Shown one piece after another: positions 1 to 6,980 of a stretch of DNA of 64,000 nt. The translations under genes and the position numbers were made by a program. The notes under the pieces were generated by a model that was given only the letters and a program-made list of their open reading frames with translations, had not been told where the DNA came from and searched no databases. The DNA comes from an uncultured bacterium (lineage in GTDB: Bacteria > Acidobacteriota > JAQAZP01), in assembly GCA_965531145.1 (NCBI GenBank), contig CBESOE010000004.1, positions 24,912 to 88,911 of the forward strand, written 5' to 3'. The number at the start of each line of letters is the position of its first letter. Position 1 is the first letter of the stretch.

Positions 1-1456
1 CGAACTCGCCGTCCATGATCCGCACGCGCATCCGGGTGGCTCCCGGCGTGGCCCCGGCGGGAGGCGTGACGGTAACCGTGTAGGGTCCAACGCCGATCCA
101 GCTGGTGGTGATGGTCTCGCCGGCATCGTCAAAGTCCTCGTCCTGGTTCCAGTCGATCCACATTCCGCCGATGTCGGTGGCGTAGGTCGTGTTGAGGGTG
201 ATGGTGGTCAGATAGCCGCTGCCGATATTCATGTCGGTGGACTGGCCGGTGTAGTCACTGTAGCCGGAGGCGCCGCTGCTGTTATCGATGGTGCCCATTT
301 GCACCCGTTCGATGTACTCGTAGTCGGAGCTGTTGGAATTGGCCGAACAGTACCCGCCGCCGCCCCCGCCGCAGAGCGAATCACGGGCCGCCTCGAAGGC
401 CGAGAGGTCTATCCTGGTGGCGTAATTCTCGCAGGAGAAGGAACAGTGGGTGATGATGCCGATGATCTCGTCGTTCTTCAGCAGCGCCGAGCCGGAGTTG
501 CCGTAGGTCATGTCAAGGTCGAAGGCGTAATAGGTGCTGGTGCGGGAAAGGATGTCGCCGCTGTGGGTCTGCTGCACCTGGCTGCGGGTGGGGTCGCTGT
601 TGTCCACGCCGTAGCCCCAGTTGTCGCAGGGGTCGCCCGAGCCGGCCAGGGCGGTGGCGATGGGCCGCATTTCGCCATAGCGCTCATAGGGCGTCTGGCC
701 GAGATTGTTGGTGCCCACCGTCATCACCGCCCAGTCGGCGCCCACGCCGCCGTTGACGAACTGGTGCGCGGTGACCGGGAACTGGTCGGCCACCGGCGGG
801 TTGTAGGTGTAGCAGCTGGAAGACGAGGCGGGCACGTTGAACTGCAGCGTGTCGTCGTAGCTGCCGTCGGCGCAGTGGCCGGCGGAGACGACACAGCTGT
901 CGGTGGAAACGATGGATCCGGTACAGCCCACCGGCACGATCCGCGCGCACCACAACTCGCTGGAGAGCGTGCGGTTGTCGGCGCCGCAGATGCCGCAGTC
1001 GTCATCGGCGCAGGGACCGCGGGTCACATCGGGGATGTGCACCGACACCCGGTCGATCACCACCCGGTTGCGCGCGGTCCCGGGCCAGACGAGCAGCTCG
1101 AGATAGACCTGGTCGCCGTTGAAGTAGGCCGAGGTGTTGTTCCACATGGCCAGGGCGTCGGCGTCCAGTTCCTGCACCTCGCCGTCGAACAGCGAGGTCA
1201 TCCGGATCAGGCTGCCCTCTTCCAGCTTGACCTTGCCGAAGTAGATCCGCATCCAGGCAGCATCCTTCACCGTGACCAGTTCCTCGTAGGCGATCTCCGG
1301 CTGGAGGCCCCGGTTGGCCAGCACACCGCTGTCCAGTTCGGACGCGCGGAACTCGCCGGTGGGCCAGTCCAGGGTTGACTGGGCCGCGGCCAGAGCGGGG
1401 AAGCCGACACAGAGCAGACCGACCAGCAATAGCTTCACCAATACTCGGTGTTTCAT
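1..1456 (-). CDS. Secreted trypsin-like (S1 family) serine peptidase with a C-terminal extension; 3' end runs off the window. Not in the ORF track because no in-window stop.
   Basis: Reverse-strand frame is open from ATG (rc of cat at 1454-1456) to position 1. N-terminus MKHRVLVKLLLVGLLCVGFPALAAAQS is a signal peptide. His motif VVSAGHC, Asp region GADWAVM, Ser motif YGNSGSALL (GDSGG-like, as in glutamyl endopeptidases). A Gly-rich linker (GGGGGGY) precedes ~130 aa of unknown C-terminal domain. The + ORF 299..1378 is its antisense artefact. Confidence 0.7.
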   Translation of the reverse strand, partial: MKHRVLVKLLLVGLLCVGFPALAAAQSTLDWPTGEFRASELDSGVLANRGLQPEIAYEELVTVKDAAWMRIYFGKVKLEEGSLIRMTSLFDGEVQELDADALAMWNNTSAYFNGDQVYLELLVWPGTARNRVVIDRVSVHIPDVTRGPCADDDCGICGADNRTLSSELWCARIVPVGCTGSIVSTDSCVVSAGHCADGSYDDTLQFNVPASSSSCYTYNPPVADQFPVTAHQFVNGGVGADWAVMTVGTNNLGQTPYERYGEMRPIATALAGSGDPCDNWGYGVDNSDPTRSQVQQTHSGDILSRTSTYYAFDLDMTYGNSGSALLKNDEIIGIITHCSFSCENYATRIDLSAFEAARDSLCGGGGGGYCSANSNSSDYEYIERVQMGTIDNSSGASGYSDYTGQSTDMNIGSGYLTTITLNTTYATDIGGMWIDWNQDEDFDDAGETITTSWIGVGPYTVTVTPPAGATPGATRMRVRIMDGEF

Positions 1457-1829
1457 CAGGTCCATGGATCTCGAGACCTCCTAGAATTGTGATGATTAAA
1501 ACGTGCGATCGTGCAACGGGGCCCGCCGTCCCACTGTGTCCGGAAAGCGATGGCTTTGACGAGAAACAGGGATAGCTGGCAGCAAGCTGAGGGATATGGC
1601 CGGATTACCCGGAAACCATTCCCCCCTTACCTGACATAAATATAGGGATACCGGTGCCGTGCCGTCAAGAGGAGTGTTGTTTGGACAGGGGAAAAGGGTG
1701 ACCGTTGCAGTCCTGAGTATGAAGTGGTTTCAGAACCCCATCTGTGGTTCGAGAGCGAGGCGCCGGCTGACGAGGACACGCAAAATACTCCGCTGGTATG
1801 CGAGCATTCCGAGGAAGCCGGCAACGACG

Positions 1830-2945
1830 CTATCGGTCCTCAGATGAAGTTGTGGAACCGCTTCCCGGCATTTCCTTGAGATAGAGATCGAGCTTGCTGT
1901 AGGGGATTTCGATACCGGCCTCATTGAACGCCTTGTAGACCCGAGTGTTCAGCGCGTCAAGCACCCGGCCCCGAAACACCGGCTCCTCGATCCAGGCCAG
2001 CAACTCGAAACGCAGCCCGGAATCACCGAATTCACGGAAACGGACCCGGGGCTCGGGCTTCGCAACCAGGTGCTCCACATCGTTCACGCAGGAGAGCAGC
2101 ACCTCCCGCACCTGGTCGGTATCGCTGCCGTAGGCGACGCTGACGCTGACCCGCACCCGCATCTTCTGGTCCCGGCCGCCGGCCTCGTTGATGATCTGGG
2201 CGTTGGCGATCAAGGCGTTGGGTACCGTGACCTCGATGTCGTCACGGGTCAGCACCCGGGTGGAGCGCACCCCGATGTCAGTGACCCGGCCGCGGACCTG
2301 GTTGTCGAGGTTAACGAAATCACCAATTTTGTACGGCGTGTCGGCGAGGATGAACACCCCGGCAAAGAGGTTGGCCAGGGTGTCCTTGGCCGCAAAACCC
2401 ACCGCGATACCCACCACCCCGGCCGAAGCGACCCAGGAGGTGACGTCGATGTTCCAGGAGACGAGGAAGAGGTAGAACGCACTGCCGATGATGATGACCT
2501 TTGAGCTGATCTCGAACAGGGGCAGTGTTTTGGGCTGGATCCAGGAGAAGCGTTTCATCGATCGGCTCAATCCGCCGAGAACGATACTGACCACCCGCGA
2601 GGCACCGAAATACCAGATCAGCAGGGCCATGGTCTTGATCGCGCCGAGGATGAAGTATTCCGCGGTGGGTTCCAGATCGAGGTCGAGCACCACCAGGGCC
2701 AGGCCGGCAAGAATAAAGGAGTAAAAGACCGGCCCGCGAACCACCAGGGCTACCCGATCGTCAATATCGGTATTCGTCTTGCTGACCAGGGCCAGTACGA
2801 CACGCAGAAATACGTAACGGGAGAGCAGAGCCGCCAGCACCGCCCCGGCCATGATCAGCCCCGACTTCACCCCTGGCAGTTGCAGCACGGGCTGCAGATC
2901 GGCCACCAGCTGCTCCATGGTCCCCTCCCCCTTCAGCAACGCCAT
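1830..2945 (-). CDS. Small-conductance mechanosensitive channel (MscS family)
   Basis: 371 aa with N-terminal TM helices followed by the conserved MscS beta-domain (...AAKDTLANLFAGVFILADTPYKIGDFV...TRVLTRDDIEVTVPN...). Confidence 0.85.
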   Translation of the reverse strand: MALLKGEGTMEQLVADLQPVLQLPGVKSGLIMAGAVLAALLSRYVFLRVVLALVSKTNTDIDDRVALVVRGPVFYSFILAGLALVVLDLDLEPTAEYFILGAIKTMALLIWYFGASRVVSIVLGGLSRSMKRFSWIQPKTLPLFEISSKVIIIGSAFYLFLVSWNIDVTSWVASAGVVGIAVGFAAKDTLANLFAGVFILADTPYKIGDFVNLDNQVRGRVTDIGVRSTRVLTRDDIEVTVPNALIANAQIINEAGGRDQKMRVRVSVSVAYGSDTDQVREVLLSCVNDVEHLVAKPEPRVRFREFGDSGLRFELLAWIEEPVFRGRVLDALNTRVYKAFNEAGIEIPYSKLDLYLKEMPGSGSTTSSEDR

Positions 2946-2999
2946 TCGTTCCAGTGAACAACCATAGCGTAGAACTATACCGTAAAACCGGTATCCGAT

Positions 3000-3692
3000 T
3001 CAGGGTTTCCTGCCAAAGGTGTAGTTGACTCCCACCATCAGCCGCGGCACAAACTCCGGCTGGTTGATCGCCGCGTTGGCATCGGCATAGGTGTATCCCC
3101 CTCGGGGGTTCACATCGGACCCGTGGGGATTGTACGTGGTGTCGTGGCCGCTGAGCCCCGAAGGGAAGTAGTAGTCGAGCATGGCCGAGAGCACCAGGTC
3201 CACCTTCCGCTTGCTGGACAGGCGGTAGTGCCCCTCCAGCCCCGCCCCGATCCCCCACTGCCTGGAGGTAACGTCGAACTGCTCGTTGCCGCCCACATAG
3301 TGGAAACTGCCGGTGAACTTCGAGTAGCGGGGACCGAGAAAGACGTAAGTCTCGCTGTTCATGAAGAGTTCCAGATCATAGAGCAGGTCGCAGCGCAAAT
3401 CCCAGGCCTCGCCGTCCTCGGTGGGCGTCCCGTTGGTGCCGTCATTGATAAATATCCGGCGGGCCGCCAGCGGGTCTCCGGGATCCCGCTCGGTCCAGGA
3501 GAAGCCGAAGCGGACATCCAGCGGAAAACCTTTGGCAAAATCGGAGAGCGTGGTGTTGAGCATGAAGCCGAAACCCTGGCCATAACCCACCGAGCCGCCC
3601 ACGGCCTTCTCGGTGGCGAACAGGGAGGGGGAAATGAGCAATAAGCATACAATTGTGTAACAAAGCGGGTTCAGGATCGTAATTCTCTTCAT
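3000..3692 (-). CDS. Outer-membrane beta-barrel protein (hypothetical)
   Basis: Signal peptide MKRITILNPLCYTIVCLLLISPSLFA; alternating hydrophobic/aromatic beta-strand pattern with Gly/Tyr-rich segments; AT-rich divergent promoter region 3693-3875. Confidence 0.55.
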   Translation of the reverse strand: MKRITILNPLCYTIVCLLLISPSLFATEKAVGGSVGYGQGFGFMLNTTLSDFAKGFPLDVRFGFSWTERDPGDPLAARRIFINDGTNGTPTEDGEAWDLRCDLLYDLELFMNSETYVFLGPRYSKFTGSFHYVGGNEQFDVTSRQWGIGAGLEGHYRLSSKRKVDLVLSAMLDYYFPSGLSGHDTTYNPHGSDVNPRGGYTYADANAAINQPEFVPRLMVGVNYTFGRKP

Positions 3693-3875
3693 TGTTTTCC
3701 TCTGTAATTTTGGCGCATCAGCCTGATTTTGAATTAATTACAGTTCATAAAGAGCAAACTGGATGCCAGTCTGGTCAGTAACCGGGAACTTTCCCGGGAC
3801 CCGGGCGTTGTGTCAGGTGAATCGGGAATTGAATCGCGGCCCTGGAAGCCGACAGCAACTAACAGATGGAGGAAC

Positions 3876-4763
3876 ATGACGATGCGGATCAAGACACTGA
3901 CCACCCTCTTCTCCCTGACCCTGGTGGCCCTGCTCTCCTGGAGCGCCGGTGCGGCGGTGCTGGCCGACGACGAGGTTCTGGAGCCGGTGCAGGTAGAGCA
4001 GACGATCTGGGTCACCAGCGGTGACGCGGGTGACGAGGACGTGAAAACCTGGACCACCGACAACGGCGAAGTGATCGTGATCAAGGGTGACTGCAAGCTG
4101 GAAACCATCGGCGAAGATGGTGAAAACGTGATGGTCCAGGTCCACGGCTGTGGCGACGGGGACATCCACAAAGTGATCCATATGGGCGGCATGGGCGGCG
4201 AGCCTGTGCAGCGGACCTTTCTCGGCGTGGGGCTGAGCAGCCTGACCCCGGAGCTGCGGGTGCACTTCGGCTCCTCCGAAGGTACAGGCATCATGGTCTC
4301 CAGCGTGGTGGAGGGGAGCCCGGCCGAGGCGGCAGGCCTCCAGGTGGGTGACGTGATCACGGCCATCGGCGGCATCGAGGCCACTTCAGCCTCGGCGGTG
4401 CAGGAAGCGGTGCGCGAGTTGAGCGAAGGCGACACCGCCCTGGTGGAAGTGCTGCGCAACAGTTCACCGATGAGTTTCGAGGCGGTGCTGACCACCAAGG
4501 AACTCCCCGGGTTCGACTTCAACTTCGATTTCGACCATGTGCTGGAAGGTGTGGAAGGCGCGCACCAGTGCATCATCAAGATGAAGAACGGCGACAACGA
4601 GTTCTACTACGACACCGAAAACCTCGACGAGGCCCTGGAGAAGCTCAACGTCTATCTGGAGGGGCCGGAGTTTGAAGAGATGATCGAAAAGCACCAGGCC
4701 AGCGGTGAGGACATCGAAAAGCGCCTCGAGATTATCGAGAAGAAAGTTGAGGAGATCGAATAG
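3876..4763 (+). CDS. Secreted PDZ-domain protein (no protease domain) with an acidic coiled-coil C-terminus; paralog of 5920..6828
   Basis: Start chosen at MTMRIKTLTTLFSLTLVALLSWSAGAAVLA (signal peptide) inside track ORF 3810..4763. PDZ core FLGVGLSSLTPELRVHFGSSEGTGIMVSSVVEGSPAEAAGLQVGDVITAIGG. C-terminal E/K-rich helix. Confidence 0.7.
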   Translation: MTMRIKTLTTLFSLTLVALLSWSAGAAVLADDEVLEPVQVEQTIWVTSGDAGDEDVKTWTTDNGEVIVIKGDCKLETIGEDGENVMVQVHGCGDGDIHKVIHMGGMGGEPVQRTFLGVGLSSLTPELRVHFGSSEGTGIMVSSVVEGSPAEAAGLQVGDVITAIGGIEATSASAVQEAVRELSEGDTALVEVLRNSSPMSFEAVLTTKELPGFDFNFDFDHVLEGVEGAHQCIIKMKNGDNEFYYDTENLDEALEKLNVYLEGPEFEEMIEKHQASGEDIEKRLEIIEKKVEEIE

Positions 4764-4848
4764 AATAGGACCGGTGGATTCCGACCCGGGTCCCGTTGCG
4801 GGGCCCGGGTTCACCTGATCGACCCGGCGCCATAACCGGTGGAGTGAA

Positions 4849-5415
4849 ATGGTGGAGGCAAGTGAAGCAGAACTGATGGCCCGCACCAGGCAGGGGGACG
4901 AAGAGGCCTTTGCCTTGATCGTGGACCGCTTCAAGGACCGGGTGGTCAACTACCTCTGCCGGCTTACCGGGGACCGCGACCGCGCCGAGGACACGGCCCA
5001 GGAAACCTTCCTCCGCCTCTTCCGCACATCATCCGGCTACCGCGAGGAAGGACACCTGGCCGCTTTAATCTTCCGGATCGCCACCAACCTGGTGCGGTCG
5101 GAGGAGCGGCGTAACCGGCGCTGGCGGCTGTTCCGGGCCACGGTGCCCGCAGGGGGGAACGGCAACGGCGGACCGCCCAATCCCCAGACCCGGCTGCTGC
5201 AGCGGGAAGCCGCGGAGCAGCTCGGCGCCGCCATCGGCGAGCTGCCGCTGAAGTTCCGGGCGCCGCTGATGCTGCGGGAGATCGAGGGCCTGTCCTACCA
5301 GGCCATTGCCGAGGCCATCGGCTGCCGGGAGGGAACGGTGAAGTCGAGAATCAACAGGGGCCGGCAACAGCTGCGGGAGCGGCTGGAGCCATACTGGATC
5401 GGAGGGATGGGATGA
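4849..5415 (+). CDS. ECF (sigma-70 family, group IV) RNA polymerase sigma factor
   Basis: Region 2 (DEEAFALIVDRFKDRVVNYLCRLTGDRDRAEDTAQETFLRLFR) and region 4 HTH (REIEGLSYQAIAEAIGCREGTVKSRINRGRQQLRE); 188 aa. Confidence 0.9.
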   Translation: MVEASEAELMARTRQGDEEAFALIVDRFKDRVVNYLCRLTGDRDRAEDTAQETFLRLFRTSSGYREEGHLAALIFRIATNLVRSEERRNRRWRLFRATVPAGGNGNGGPPNPQTRLLQREAAEQLGAAIGELPLKFRAPLMLREIEGLSYQAIAEAIGCREGTVKSRINRGRQQLRERLEPYWIGGMG

Positions 5416-5828
5416 GCGACGAGCGTATCAGCAAAGAGCTCAAAGCGCTGCCCAGGGAGAAGGCGTCGGAGAAGTTCACCCGCCGCGTTCTCGCCAACCT
5501 CCCGCGCACCGAGAAGCGACGGATTCCGGCCTGGGGCTACCGCCTGGCGGCCGCGGCCACGGTGATCATCCTGCTGGTGATCCCGATGAGCCTGCGCCGC
5601 TGGTCCATGTCCATCGATACCGGAAACGAAGCGGTGCTTGCCGAAATCGAGGCGGTCCGCTCGGAAAAGGCGCTGATCGAGAGGGAATTGCGTGACCTGA
5701 GGGAGAAGGCAGCCGAAGAAAGCCCGGTGGTCTACCTCGGCGGCAACGAAGAGGTAAACCTGGTGCTCGACGTGGGCGCCCTGCTCAATCGGAGCACCGA
5801 GGCGAACGAGGGCACATCGGCCTTTTGA
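5412..5828 (+). CDS. Putative membrane-anchored anti-sigma factor
   Basis: ATGA start/stop overlap with the sigma gene; 138 aa; single TM (AAAATVIILLVIPM); cytoplasmic N-terminus, short coiled-coil C-terminus. No zinc-finger anti-sigma motif, so assigned by context only. Confidence 0.55.
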   Translation: MSDERISKELKALPREKASEKFTRRVLANLPRTEKRRIPAWGYRLAAAATVIILLVIPMSLRRWSMSIDTGNEAVLAEIEAVRSEKALIERELRDLREKAAEESPVVYLGGNEEVNLVLDVGALLNRSTEANEGTSAF

Positions 5829-5919
5829 GCGACAGTGAGACGAGAAACGAGAGCACCGGACAACGGTGCCGGAACAGCACGATGCACAACGATCCGAGGA
5901 TCGACGGAGGAACTGAACG

Positions 5920-6828
5920 ATGAAGTGGAACACGTGGAAACTGATCGTCACCGGCTGCACCCTGGCCGGTCTGGCCCTGTTTACGTCCGTGGCGCCGGCC
6001 GCGGTGCTCCCCGACGACGAGACAGGCACCGCCGGCGAGCAGGAGAAGGCGGTGGTCAAGGTGAAGGAGATCCGCGCTGACGGCGCGACCAAGATCAACG
6101 TCAAGGTCGTGGGGGACCATGATGGTGAGCATGTGGTCCACTGGGTGGGCTCGCCGGCCAATCGGGGTTTTCTCGGCGTGGCGTTGAACTCGCTGAGCCA
6201 TGATCTGCAGAAGCACTTCGGCGCGGCCGAAGGCAGCGGAGTGATGGTGGGCTCGGTGGTGGAGGGCAGCCCGGCCGAGGCCGCCGGCATCAGGGTGGGC
6301 GACGTGATCACCGCCATCGACGGCGCTGACGTGGCGTCGCCCTCCGACGTCCAGCGGATCATCCGCGAGAAGGAGGAGGGAGAGGCCGCCACCATCGCGC
6401 TGGTGCGGAGCGGCGCCCCGCTGACCGTCACGGCCACGGTGGGCGTGAAGGAGATGCAGGAATTCGACATCGGCATGCTGGGCGATATCGGGGACCTGAA
6501 AAAGAAGGCGTTCTTCATTTCCAGCGGCATGGAAGGCGGGAACATGGTCTTCGAAACCGTGGACGGCAATGTCACGGTGGACCTGACCGAGGAGATGGAT
6601 AAACTGGAGAATATTTTCATCGAAAAACTCGGCGATTCCGACGACCTGATCTACTTCGACACCGAGACCTTCAACGATTCGATGAAGGAAGTGCACGAAT
6701 ACCTGGCCAGCCCCGAGTTCCAGGAAAAGCTGAATGGTCTGCAGGAGCGTGAACTGGAGCTGCAGCAGCGGCTGGAGGCCCTGGAACTGAAACTGGAGAA
6801 ACTGGAAGAAGTGCACGAAGAGCAGTAG
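5920..6828 (+). CDS. Secreted PDZ-domain protein with coiled-coil C-terminus; paralog of 3876..4763
   Basis: Signal peptide MKWNTWKLIVTGCTLAGLALFTSVAPAAV. PDZ core FLGVALNSLSHDLQKHFGAAEGSGVMVGSVVEGSPAEAAGIRVGDVITAIDG, collinear with the first paralog. C-terminus ELELQQRLEALELKLEKLEE. Confidence 0.7.
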   Translation: MKWNTWKLIVTGCTLAGLALFTSVAPAAVLPDDETGTAGEQEKAVVKVKEIRADGATKINVKVVGDHDGEHVVHWVGSPANRGFLGVALNSLSHDLQKHFGAAEGSGVMVGSVVEGSPAEAAGIRVGDVITAIDGADVASPSDVQRIIREKEEGEAATIALVRSGAPLTVTATVGVKEMQEFDIGMLGDIGDLKKKAFFISSGMEGGNMVFETVDGNVTVDLTEEMDKLENIFIEKLGDSDDLIYFDTETFNDSMKEVHEYLASPEFQEKLNGLQERELELQQRLEALELKLEKLEEVHEEQ

Positions 6829-6980
6829 CTCCGCCACTCCGTCGATATGCTGAAAGCCTCCCGACCCCCACGGGCCGGGAGGCTTCTCTTTGTACGGCCG
6901 GTAATTGACAGTGCGGGAATATCCACTATGCTGATCCTTGGGAATCGAAGATTCGAAAAACATATTTCTCTGGTGGTGTA

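Noticed and set aside
299-1378. 359-aa + strand ORF (MHPFDVLVVGAVGIGRTVPAAAPA...)
   Set aside because: Gly/Ala/Val-rich low-complexity translation antisense to the S1 peptidase gene, which has clear catalytic motifs on the minus strand.
1740-1760. tRNA T-loop-like GGTTCGAGAGC in the 1457-1829 intergenic region
   Set aside because: Flanking bases cannot form T-stem, acceptor or anticodon stems; no tRNA cloverleaf could be built.
4785-4809. GC hairpin CCCGGGTCCCG-ttg-CGGGGCCCGGG between the PDZ gene and the ECF sigma gene
   Set aside because: No downstream U-tract (followed by TTCACC); could be a weak attenuator, but evidence is insufficient to call a terminator.
5295-6963. 441-aa and 392-aa minus-strand ORFs
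   Set aside because: Antisense to the anti-sigma and PDZ genes; no motifs, biased composition.
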